From the NCBI GenBank assembly GCA_046704705.1, contig JBJKRK010000296.1:1-31788 (forward strand): 31,788 bases of DNA. The letters are read 5' to 3'. Positions within the stretch are counted from its first letter, which is position 1, and each line of letters opens with the position of its first letter. Made by a program: the position numbers and the translations under genes. The notes beneath the pieces were generated by a model that was not told where the DNA came from, made no database searches, and saw nothing but the letters and a program-made list of their open reading frames with translations. Shown one piece after another: positions 21,374 to 29,387 of the stretch. Origin of the DNA: Candidatus Limnocylindrales bacterium (lineage in GTDB: Bacteria > Chloroflexota > Limnocylindria > Limnocylindrales > CSP1-4).

Positions 21374-21725
21374 CGCCGGCGAGACGGCCGGACGGCCGCG
21401 GGTTCGGCCGGGAGTACCCGGTCTGGCTCGAGGAAAGTCCGAGCTCCCTGACGCAGGGTAGCGGGTAACGCCCGCCCGCCGCGAGGCGAGGACCAGTGCC
21501 ACAGAGACGAGCCCGACCTCGGTCGGGGTGAAACGGGCAAACTCTACCCGGAGCAAGGCCGAATAGGAGGGCGATGTCGGAGCATCCGCTCCGACGACAG
21601 GCGCGTCACCCAGCCCTCGGGTAGGCCGCTGTGAGCCGGCGGGCAACCGCCGGACAAGATGGATGGCCGTCCCCGCGGCCCATGGTCGCGGGACAGAACT
21701 CGGCTTACAGGCCGTCTCGCCGGCG
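21374..21725 (+). ncRNA. rnpB: RNase P RNA (bacterial type A)
   Basis: Universal GAGGAAAGTCC (21430-21440), AGTGCCACAGAGACGAG, GGGTGAAACGGGCAAACTC, GGAGCAAG, 3' ACAGAACTCGGCTTAC. Perfect 16-bp P1 pairing of 21374-21389 with 21710-21725. Confidence 0.96.
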
Positions 21726-21772
21726 CCTTGCGCAGCTATGCTCGCGGGCGCCTTGCGCAGTTCGTTTCGCGG
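21717..21772 (+). repeat. 25-bp tandem repeat starting in the rnpB 3' end
   Basis: tcgccggcgccttgcgcagctatgc (21717-21741), tcgcgggcgccttgcgcagttcgtt (21742-21766), partial third copy tcgcgg. Confidence 0.7.
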
Positions 21773-21782
21773 TGTCCGGACC

Positions 21783-22037
21783 TCAGTCCTCGTCCGGCCG
21801 GAAGATGTGGTCGGCGCGGCACGCGTCGCAGATGGGTCGAGCGGTGGCGAGGTCGCCGAGTGGCACGGCAGTGACGCGATCCGGGTAGAGGCACTCGACC
21901 GCGTACAGTGGCTCGCCGCCCCGGCGCACGATCGACATCCGGCGATACGTGCAGCGACGGATGTGCGGCACGGCGGTCGCTGGTTGAACGCTGGGTTCGC
22001 GTGCCGACTGGATCACAGCCACGTCGTCGAGGGTCAC
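21783..22037 (-). CDS. Small hypothetical protein with four Cys (C29, C49, C70-x-x-C73); possible metal binder
   Basis: 84-aa ORF with GC3-biased codons filling the gap after rnpB. Start codon and RBS spacing uncertain. Confidence 0.62.
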   Translation of the reverse strand: MTLDDVAVIQSAREPSVQPATAVPHIRRCTYRRMSIVRRGGEPLYAVECLYPDRVTAVPLGDLATARPICDACRADHIFRPDED

Positions 22038-22067
22038 CTCCGGCGCGCGAGCCTAGCATGCCGCGTT

Positions 22068-22091
22068 CTTCCGGCACAAGGGTGCCGGAAG
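22068..22091. other. Perfect hairpin CTTCCGGCAC-AAGG-GTGCCGGAAG in a divergent intergenic region
   Basis: 10-bp stem with a 4-nt loop. The right arm matches the first bases of the 45-bp repeat units downstream. Confidence 0.65.
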
Positions 22092-22145
22092 TACCGATCG
22101 GTGAGTGGGCCTCCCGGCGGCAGCCGATCGCGATGCTTGACGACC

Positions 22146-22280
22146 GCCGGAAGTGACGCGCGACGACTTCGATCGCCGCGCCCGTCAGCAGCCGAAAGTG
22201 ACGCCACACGATGGCGGTTCCCGCGCCCGGCAGCAGCCGGAAGCGACGCCACACGATGGCGGTCCCCGCGCCCGCCCGTC
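22146..22280. repeat. 45-bp tandem repeat, 3 units
   Basis: Units start at 22146, 22191 and 22236 (gccggaagtgacgc...ccgcgcccgtcagca). Units 2 and 3 are near identical; unit 1 differs in its central 16 nt. Confidence 0.85.
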
Positions 22281-22342
22281 AACTCGATCGACCCGATATC
22301 GTACGCAGGGCACGCCGCGGCACCGCCCGCATCCCGCGTGCC

Positions 22343-23590
22343 ATGTACCCCCGGAGGCCAGTCCTGGACGGATCGGACCGGCGAGGGCGGAGCCTCGCCT
22401 TCTCGTCCCTGTCGCACTTCATCAACGACGGAACGACGTTCTTCGTCCCGGTGATCGCGGCGATCCTGGCGGCCCACAGGAGCGTGCCGCCGCTCGCAGT
22501 CACGCTGCTGTTCCTCGTCTTCTATGGCGCGTCCTCGATCCTGAGCCCGTACGTCGGTCGGATCGCCGATCGCTCGGGGAAATCGGCGCCGTTGATGGGC
22601 CTGGGGCTGGCGATCGTCTCGCTCGGACTGCTCGGCTTCTACATCGCCCTCAGCGCGACGAGCGGTCCGGCGCTGGTCGCGGCGTTGCTGCTCTCGGCGC
22701 TCCTGACGGGCGCGGGCAGCGCGTTCTACCACCCGTTGGGCGGATCGCTCCTGCAGGCGGCGTTCCGCGATGGCCGGATGGGCGTTGCACTGGGGGTGAA
22801 CGGCGCGATGGGCGGCCTGGGGCGCGCGCTGTATCCATCGCTCTACTTCGCGGCCGCGGCGCTCATCGCGGGATATGGCTCGATCGCGCTGTTCGCGGCG
22901 GTTGGCCTGGCCGCGGCCGTCGCGGTGGCACTCGGCACGCGGGAATCGCCGGGAGCACGCGTGCAAGCGGCGCAGGGCGGCCACGCACGGACATCCGAGG
23001 CGGTCACCCGGGGGATCGTGATCCTCACCGCGGTCACGTTCCTGCGATCGGCGGCCACCCAGGGGATCGCGACCTGGATCCCGACCTATCTGGCGACGCA
23101 GCAGGGACTGGGCGTGAGCGCGGACCTGGGACTCTCGGTGAGCACGATGTATGCGGCGGCGATCGTCGGCCAGCCGCTCTTCGGCCTGCTGGTGGACCGT
23201 TTCGAGAAGCGCCTCGTGCTCGGCGCGAGCTCCGCGGGCGCCGCGGTCGCGATCGTTGGCTACCTGGGGGCCGGCGCCGGCTGGGCGGGACTCGCCTGGT
23301 TGTTCGCGTTCGGGTTCTTCGTCTTCAGTGGCTTCCCGCTGCTCCTATCGATGACCGCCGACTACGTGCCGCGCAACTCGACGTCGCTGGCGAACGCGCT
23401 CGTGTGGGGCATCGGGTCCACGGCGGGCGGCGCCGTCGGACCTCTCGTCACGGGCGCGCTGATCGTCAACGACTACGGGCGGCTGGGCTTCGCGTTCACG
23501 ATTCTCGCCGGCGCGGCCCTCGTGTCGGCGGTCGCGACGGCCTTTGTGCCGCGTGCGCCGCGGACGAGCCGGATGCCGGCCTTCGGATAG
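22343..23590 (+). CDS. MFS transporter (FsrA/fosmidomycin-resistance-like)
   Basis: About 12 TM segments; SHFIND, motif A (GRIADRSG; GLLVDRFE), FYHPLG. The extension to 22211 runs through the tandem repeat, so the true start is probably at or after 22343. Confidence 0.85.
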   Translation: MYPRRPVLDGSDRRGRSLAFSSLSHFINDGTTFFVPVIAAILAAHRSVPPLAVTLLFLVFYGASSILSPYVGRIADRSGKSAPLMGLGLAIVSLGLLGFYIALSATSGPALVAALLLSALLTGAGSAFYHPLGGSLLQAAFRDGRMGVALGVNGAMGGLGRALYPSLYFAAAALIAGYGSIALFAAVGLAAAVAVALGTRESPGARVQAAQGGHARTSEAVTRGIVILTAVTFLRSAATQGIATWIPTYLATQQGLGVSADLGLSVSTMYAAAIVGQPLFGLLVDRFEKRLVLGASSAGAAVAIVGYLGAGAGWAGLAWLFAFGFFVFSGFPLLLSMTADYVPRNSTSLANALVWGIGSTAGGAVGPLVTGALIVNDYGRLGFAFTILAGAALVSAVATAFVPRAPRTSRMPAFG

Positions 23591-23672
23591 CCCTTCCTCG
23601 CCCGTCATCAGCGGTCCTCGCCGGTGGCGGACGAGGGCTGCCCCGCGCCGCCGTCCCGTCCGCCCCCTCGCG

Positions 23673-23765
23673 GCGTCCTGCGCCCGACCCCGCCCCCGCG
23701 AACCCGACGATGCGTCCTGCGCCCGACCCGGACCCCGCGAACCCACGATGAGGCACGCCCGACCC
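23673..23765. repeat. ~39-bp tandem repeat, about 2.5 units
   Basis: gcgtcctgcgcccgaccccgcccccgcgaacccgacgat (23673-23711), a near copy at 23712-23749, and a partial third copy. Confidence 0.8.
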
Positions 23766-23778
23766 GCTCGATTGTGCC

Positions 23779-23806
23779 TTGACGCGGCCGTTCGGGCGTG
23801 TATCAT
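23779..23806 (+). promoter_or_regulatory. dcw cluster (mraZ) promoter
   Basis: TTGACG (23779-23784), 16 bp, TATCAT (23801-23806). Confidence 0.75.
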
Positions 23807-23811
23807 CGCCC

Positions 23812-23848
23812 GAGTGGCGCAAAGTGGCGCGAAGTGGGGAGCAGAGGT
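23812..23848 (+). promoter_or_regulatory. MraZ autoregulatory boxes (GTGG direct repeats, 10-bp period)
   Basis: GTGGC 23814, GTGGC 23824, GTGGG 23834, degenerate GAGGT 23844, just downstream of the promoter. Matches the known MraZ box arrangement. Confidence 0.78.
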
Positions 23849-23930
23849 GAACAGGAGCCGGTAGGGAGCCCTCAGGTGGGGCGAGGACCGACCCCGTCCA
23901 CATCTGGCCCTGGAGGCGGAGGCCAGCGCG

Positions 23931-24359
23931 GTGTTCATCGGTGAGTACCGGCACGCGATCGACGAGAAGGGACGCATCGCCGTCCCGGCTCGCTTTCGCA
24001 CGCAGCTCGCCGAGAGCGCCTTCATCTCCCGCTGGATCGACGCCTGCCTGGCCGTCTTCCCGCGGGACGCCTGGGATGCCCTGACGGCCAAGGTGGCTGT
24101 GCTTCCCGTCGCCGACGCAAGTGCCCGCACCTTCTCGCGCTTCATCTTCTCGAGCGCGTTCGAGCTCGAGCTCGATCGACAGGGACGCGCAGTCGTCCCG
24201 GCCGGTCTGCGGGAGTGGGCGGGTCTGGAAACCGAAGCCGTGGTCGTCGGGGCGCGCGATCACGTCGAGCTCTGGGCCCCGGATCGCTGGGCGACCTACA
24301 GCGCGTCGATGACGTCGCCAGAGGTTCTCGCGCAGCACCTCCAGGGTCTGGGCATCTAG
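23931..24359 (+). CDS. mraZ: Cell division/cell wall cluster transcriptional repressor MraZ
   Basis: MFIGEYRHAIDEKGR and ELDRQGR (two DxxGR motifs), VVVGARDHVELW. Confidence 0.95.
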   Translation: MFIGEYRHAIDEKGRIAVPARFRTQLAESAFISRWIDACLAVFPRDAWDALTAKVAVLPVADASARTFSRFIFSSAFELELDRQGRAVVPAGLREWAGLETEAVVVGARDHVELWAPDRWATYSASMTSPEVLAQHLQGLGI

Positions 24360-24407
24360 CGCCCGAGTCATCTCCGGGATCCGGGCGGATCCGTTCGTCC
24401 GCAACGC

Positions 24408-25355
24408 TTGATGGAAGCAGGGCACGTGCCCGTGATGGTCGAGGAGGTCATGCAGGCACTCTCGCTACATCCGGGCAGCTTCCAGATCGACGCAACGGTG
24501 GGCGGCGGTGGGCACGCCGCCCGGATCCTGGAGGCCATCTCACCCGATGGCCGCTTGCTCGGGCTCGACGCCGACCCGGCGGCCATCCTCCGGGCGGGCG
24601 CCCGTCTCGCCCCATTCGGCGACCGCGTGACGCTTCGCCACAGCAACTTCGAGCAACTCGCCCTGGTGGTCGACGAGCTGGATCTCGGTCCCGCCGACGG
24701 GATCCTCCTCGACCTCGGGCTGAGCTCGGACCAGCTCGCCGACGCGGAGCGCGGCTTCAGCTTCTCCGCGACGGGGGCACTCGACATGCGCTTCGACACC
24801 GCCCACGGTGAGCCCGCGAGCGCACTGCTGGCCCGCCTCGACCAGGCCGAGCTGGCGGACCTCCTGCGCCGAAACGGCGAGGAGCCCTTCGCGTGGCGCA
24901 TCGCGCGGGCGATCGTGGAGGCCAGGCGCCGCGGTCCCATCACCACGCCCCGGCAGCTTGCCGACGTGGTGTCCCGCGCCGTGCCGGGAGCCCCGGCCGG
25001 GCGTCGCCGCATCCACCCCGCCACGCGCGTGTTCCAGGCGTTGCGCGTGGCCGTGAACCGCGAGCTGGACGTGCTGCCGGCCGCGCTCGGTGCCGCCGTG
25101 AGCGTGCTGCGGCCGGGCGGGCGCCTGGTGGTCCTCAGCTACCACTCGCTCGAGGACCGCATCGTCAAGCGTTTCATCGCCGCCGAGCGCCGCGGCTGCT
25201 TGTGTCCGCCCGAGCTGCCGGTCTGCATCTGTGGCAGGCAACCGCGACTGCGGCCGATCGGACCGACCCCAGGAAGGCCCACGGTCGCCGAGGTGCAGGC
25301 CAACCCGCGTGCCCGCAGCGCCCGGTTGCGGGCCGCGGAGCGGCTGGCGGCATGA
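24408..25355 (+). CDS. rsmH: 16S rRNA m4C1402 methyltransferase RsmH (MraW)
   Basis: HVPVM, DATVGGGGH, LLDLGLSS, LDMRFD, HPATRVFQALR, SYHSLEDRIVK, NPRARSARLR. Confidence 0.96.
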   Translation: MMEAGHVPVMVEEVMQALSLHPGSFQIDATVGGGGHAARILEAISPDGRLLGLDADPAAILRAGARLAPFGDRVTLRHSNFEQLALVVDELDLGPADGILLDLGLSSDQLADAERGFSFSATGALDMRFDTAHGEPASALLARLDQAELADLLRRNGEEPFAWRIARAIVEARRRGPITTPRQLADVVSRAVPGAPAGRRRIHPATRVFQALRVAVNRELDVLPAALGAAVSVLRPGGRLVVLSYHSLEDRIVKRFIAAERRGCLCPPELPVCICGRQPRLRPIGPTPGRPTVAEVQANPRARSARLRAAERLAA

Positions 25356-25413
25356 ACGGGGAGCAGCCGGGCCGCGCGTGCGCGACCCGATCGCAACGCA
25401 GGGAGGTCGACCG

Positions 25414-25614
25414 ATGAGCAGACGCCACCAGCAACACCGGCGACGAACGTATGGCCGGCGACAGCACGAGTTGCACGAACGGCATCAGGAGCTCGTCCCG
25501 CCCTTCGAGGAGGACCTGCGCCCCGCTGGCATGTTCTACCGCGATGAGGCGGACGAGGGGTTCGTGCCCTTCGGTATGCCGGGGCCCCGGCTCCGCTGGG
25601 CGGAGGCGCGCTAG
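25414..25614 (+). CDS. Hypothetical 66-aa Arg/His-rich protein between rsmH and ftsL
   Basis: GGGAGG RBS 7 nt before ATG 25414. Its TAG stop overlaps the ftsL GTG start (TAGTG). C-terminal part of ORF 25231..25614. Confidence 0.65.
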   Translation: MSRRHQQHRRRTYGRRQHELHERHQELVPPFEEDLRPAGMFYRDEADEGFVPFGMPGPRLRWAEAR

Positions 25615-25958
25615 TGGCCGTCTACGAGGGCGCGCGTCCTCGCGCCACCGTCCTGCCGCGACGGCGCCAGCCCGCCCGCGTGCGGGCCAGGCGCCGCTCG
25701 AATCCGATCGGGCTCACCCTGGCCGCGATCATCGTCGCCTTCCTGCTCGGCCTCTTCTATCTGACGCAAACGGTCCACGTGGCGGCCACCACCTACGACA
25801 TCGACACGCTGATGAACGAGCGCGACCAGATGTCGCAGCAGCTCCAGTCGCTGAAGGCGGAGATCGCGCAGTACGGCGCGGAGCTCGCCGTGAGCACGCG
25901 TGCACAGCAGAGCGGGCTGGTTCCGCTGGGTGCGCCCATCTGGGTCACGGGTCGCTAG
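25614..25958 (+). CDS. ftsL: FtsL-like cell division protein
   Basis: Basic cytoplasmic N-terminus, one TM helix, coiled-coil-like periplasmic part; canonical position between rsmH and ftsI. Confidence 0.75.
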   Translation: MAVYEGARPRATVLPRRRQPARVRARRRSNPIGLTLAAIIVAFLLGLFYLTQTVHVAATTYDIDTLMNERDQMSQQLQSLKAEIAQYGAELAVSTRAQQSGLVPLGAPIWVTGR

Positions 25959-25964
25959 TCGACC

Positions 25965-27851
25965 ATGCTGGGACGGACCGACCGGCGCCTGCGCCTGCTC
26001 GCGGTACTCGTCGCGCTGCTCGTCATGGGCAGCGCCACGGGGTTCCGCCTCGCGTACTGGCAGGTCGCGCAGCGAAGCTGGCTCGACGCGATGGCGATGC
26101 AGCAGCTGCAGCACCAGATCGTCGAACCGGCGCAGCGCGGCGGCATCTACGATCGCACCGGCACCGTCCTGCTCGCCACCACCGTGTATCGCGATCAGCT
26201 GGTCGCATATCCGGCCCAGATCCCGGTAGCGCAGCGCGGCGCGGAGGCCGACCAGCTGGCGGGGGTCCTGGGGCTCACGGGAGCCGCCGCGTCGGCCCTG
26301 ACGGAGAAGCTCGCGGGGGGCGCGCAGTACACGGTCCTGGCACCGCTCCTGACGCCCGCCCAGAGCGACGCCGTGAAGGCCGGCCTGAACAACGGCAGCC
26401 TCGTCTCCCTCGGGCTGGTGCCCCAGCCCGTCCGCGTCTACCCCAACCCCGGTGGCGCCCCGGACACCACCCTGGCGAGCCAGCTGCTCGGCTTCGTCAA
26501 CGCCGCCGGGCAGGGGCAGTACGGCGTCGAGCAGCGCTACAACACCCTGCTTGCCGGTCGCCCGCGGACGGTCATGGCCGAGGAGGACATCGCGGGACGG
26601 CCGATCGCGGACACAGAGACCGTGGTCGACCCCGGCTCCCCGGGCAGCAACCTCGATCTCACCGTCGACGCCGGGCTGCAGCTGCGGCTGGAGAAGGAGC
26701 TGTACACGGCCTGGATCGCCGACAAGGCCGCGTCGGTGAGCGCCGTGGTGATGGACGCGCATACGGGCGCGATCCTTGCCTGGGGCAGCGTGCCCGCCTA
26801 CGACGCGAACGCCTACCAGAAGCTCGCCAGCACCGATCCGGCCATCTTCGTCGACCCGATCGTGAGCGACGTGTACGAGCCCGGCTCGGTCATGAAGATG
26901 TTCGTGGCGAGCGCCGCGTTCCAGGATCACGTCGTCACCCCCACCACCCTGGTCGACGACACCGGGGTCATGCAGATCGGCAACAACCAGATCGCGGACT
27001 ACGACCGTCAGGACTGGGGCTGGATTCCCTTCCAGAAGGTCATCTCCTACTCGCGGAACGTGGGCGCTGCCCGTGTCGCCATGATGCTCGGACCGACCAC
27101 CGCGAAGGCGTCCACCGTCCTCTACGACACCTGGCAGAAGTACGGGATCGGCCTGCCGACCGGCGTCGACGTCGCGGGCGAGGTTCCGGGCATCGTGGCG
27201 AACCCCGCGACGCAGCCCTGGCAGCCGATCGATCTGGCGAACCGAGCGTTCGGCCAGGGGGTTGCCATCACGCTGCTGCAGCTGGCGCGCGCATACAACG
27301 CGATGTCGAATGGGGGCTATCTGGTGCAGCCGCACGTCGTCGCGTCGATCGACGGCCAGCCCGCCGACACGGCGGCCCCGCAGCGCGTCATCACCTCATC
27401 GCTTTCGGCTGAGCTGGTGCAGCTGATGCACCACGTCGTGACGTCGGTGCCGTACTACGCGCAGTGGACGCTGATTCCCGGGTACCTGGTGGGCGGCAAG
27501 ACCGGCACGGCGCAGATCTGGGACCCGAAAACGAACAACTGGATGAACAACATCTTCGACTTCTCGTTCGTCGGGTACCTGGGCCGCCAGAAGCCGGACT
27601 ACACCATCGCCGTCACCATCACACACTCGCATCCCACCGTGCTGGCCCAGGGAGTGCTCTTGCAGAAGATCACGCCGAACGAGCTGTTCCGGAGAATCGC
27701 CTGGGACACGATCCAGACCATGGACCTTGCGCCGCTCCCGGGCTCCTCGCCTGCGGCGCCGCCGACGCTCGCGCCTGCCGCGACGCCGGCAGCGTCACCC
27801 GCCGCGGTCACGCCCGCCGGAGGATCGAGTCCGCCAGGCACCGCGCCCTGA
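25965..27851 (+). CDS. ftsI: Class B penicillin-binding protein (FtsI/SpoVD-like transpeptidase)
   Basis: N-terminal TM, RGGIYDR, R-x-YP, catalytic motifs EPGSVMK, SRN and KTGTAQ; Pro/Ala-rich tail. Confidence 0.9.
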   Translation: MLGRTDRRLRLLAVLVALLVMGSATGFRLAYWQVAQRSWLDAMAMQQLQHQIVEPAQRGGIYDRTGTVLLATTVYRDQLVAYPAQIPVAQRGAEADQLAGVLGLTGAAASALTEKLAGGAQYTVLAPLLTPAQSDAVKAGLNNGSLVSLGLVPQPVRVYPNPGGAPDTTLASQLLGFVNAAGQGQYGVEQRYNTLLAGRPRTVMAEEDIAGRPIADTETVVDPGSPGSNLDLTVDAGLQLRLEKELYTAWIADKAASVSAVVMDAHTGAILAWGSVPAYDANAYQKLASTDPAIFVDPIVSDVYEPGSVMKMFVASAAFQDHVVTPTTLVDDTGVMQIGNNQIADYDRQDWGWIPFQKVISYSRNVGAARVAMMLGPTTAKASTVLYDTWQKYGIGLPTGVDVAGEVPGIVANPATQPWQPIDLANRAFGQGVAITLLQLARAYNAMSNGGYLVQPHVVASIDGQPADTAAPQRVITSSLSAELVQLMHHVVTSVPYYAQWTLIPGYLVGGKTGTAQIWDPKTNNWMNNIFDFSFVGYLGRQKPDYTIAVTITHSHPTVLAQGVLLQKITPNELFRRIAWDTIQTMDLAPLPGSSPAAPPTLAPAATPAASPAAVTPAGGSSPPGTAP

Positions 27852-27860
27852 GGTCGCGGC

Positions 27861-29387
27861 ATGCGAGAATGGCGGCTGACAGTGAACGACGCGCCTCGGT
27901 CCGCCCCCCTGCCCGTCGCGGACGCCCTGGACGGCGCGGGGATCGCCACGGCGTGCGGTGGAACTCTGCTTCGTGCTTCTCCCCGCGGGATCAGGGGAGG
28001 GGCGGTAGATTCGCGCCGCGTCGAGCCGGGGATGGTCTTCTTCGCGCTTCCGGGCGCGCATCGTGACGGGCACGAGTTCCTGCACGACGCGGCCGCACGC
28101 GGTGCGGCAGCGCTGGTGCTCACCCATGAGCTTGCGCCCGAGGCACTCGACGGCCTCGTTGCCGCCGCGCGTGGCGGCGTCTCGATCATCCGCGTCGCCG
28201 ACGGCCTGACGGCGCTCCAGGCCCTGGCGGCGGCCTGGCGGCGCAGGTTCAACCCGGTCGTCGTCGGGATCACCGGTTCTGTCGCCAAGACCTCGACGAA
28301 GGAAGCCGTCGCGACCGTCATCGCCGAGCGGCGGCGCGTGCTCCGCAGCGCCGGCAACGAGAACAACGAGATCGGTCTCCCGCTCACGCTCCTCCGGCTC
28401 GACCGGCAGTGCGAGGTCGCGGTGCTCGAGATGGGGATGTACGTACCGGGCGAGATCGCCGCCCTCGCGGCGCTCGCGCGACCCCGCATCGGGATCGTCA
28501 CCGCGGTGCGTGGGGTGCACCTGGAGCGGGCGGGGTCGATCGAGGCGATCGAGGAGGGGAAGGGCCAGCTCGTGGAGGCGCTGCCGCCCGACGGGACCGC
28601 CATCCTGAACGCGGACGATCCGCGCGTGCGGCGCATGGACCGACGGACCCGCGCCCGGGTCCTCACCTACGGCTTCGCCGCGGACGCCGACGTGTCCGCC
28701 GCGACGGTGACCGCGCTCGGCCTGGAGGGCATGCGGTTCGAGCTTCGCCTGCCCGGATCCGCGCCGCGCGAGGTGCGTACTCCGGCGCTCGGACGGCACG
28801 GGGTGCACAATGGCCTCGCCGCCGCGGCCGCGGGCGTCGCCCTCGGCCTCGACGCCGACGCGATCGTGGCGGGCCTGACACGCGGCTGGCACGCCCCGCA
28901 TCGAGATGCCCGCGGCACCATCGGCGCCTGGGACGTCATCGATGACACCTACAACGCGGGGCCGGACTCGATGGCCGCGGCGCTCGAGTTGCTCGCCTCT
29001 CTCCCGGGGCGCCGCGTGGCGGTGCTCGGCGAGATGCTGGAGCTGGGCCCGGAGGCCCCGGAGCTCCACCGCACCGTCGGGGCACGTGCCGCCGACAGCG
29101 CCGATCTGCTCGTTGCCGTGGGCGAGGGCGGCGCGATGATCGCGGAGGGCGCGCGCCGGTCCGGGATGGCCGGGGAACGAGTCCGCCTCGTCCGCGACCT
29201 GGAGGCGGCGCTCCTGGAGCTGCTCGCCACGCTCCAGCCGGGCGACACGGTGCTGTTCAAGGCGTCGCGGGGGCTGGGCATGGATCCCGCGGAGCGCTCG
29301 AGGCGGGGCCTGGGCCTGGACGACCTGGTGGCCGCGTTGCAGCGCGTGGCCGGCGCGGCGCCGGCAGCGGGCGGGACGGTCGCGTGA
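27861..29387 (+). CDS. murF: UDP-MurNAc-tripeptide:D-Ala-D-Ala ligase
   Basis: DSRRVEPG, DGHEF, GITGSVAKT, NENNEIGLPLTL, VLEMGM, DDTYNA, VLGEMLELG, LFKASRG. Start 27861 or 27882. Confidence 0.9.
   Translation: MREWRLTVNDAPRSAPLPVADALDGAGIATACGGTLLRASPRGIRGGAVDSRRVEPGMVFFALPGAHRDGHEFLHDAAARGAAALVLTHELAPEALDGLVAAARGGVSIIRVADGLTALQALAAAWRRRFNPVVVGITGSVAKTSTKEAVATVIAERRRVLRSAGNENNEIGLPLTLLRLDRQCEVAVLEMGMYVPGEIAALAALARPRIGIVTAVRGVHLERAGSIEAIEEGKGQLVEALPPDGTAILNADDPRVRRMDRRTRARVLTYGFAADADVSAATVTALGLEGMRFELRLPGSAPREVRTPALGRHGVHNGLAAAAAGVALGLDADAIVAGLTRGWHAPHRDARGTIGAWDVIDDTYNAGPDSMAAALELLASLPGRRVAVLGEMLELGPEAPELHRTVGARAADSADLLVAVGEGGAMIAEGARRSGMAGERVRLVRDLEAALLELLATLQPGDTVLFKASRGLGMDPAERSRRGLGLDDLVAALQRVAGAAPAAGGTVA

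Noticed and set aside
22146-22280. 45-bp array as a mini CRISPR
   Set aside because: The variable part is only 16 nt, units 2 and 3 share it, and there are no cas genes. It is a tandem repeat.
23817-23824. GCGCAAAG as a fourth copy of the palindrome
   Set aside because: Partial half-site only, not palindromic, and explained by the MraZ boxes.
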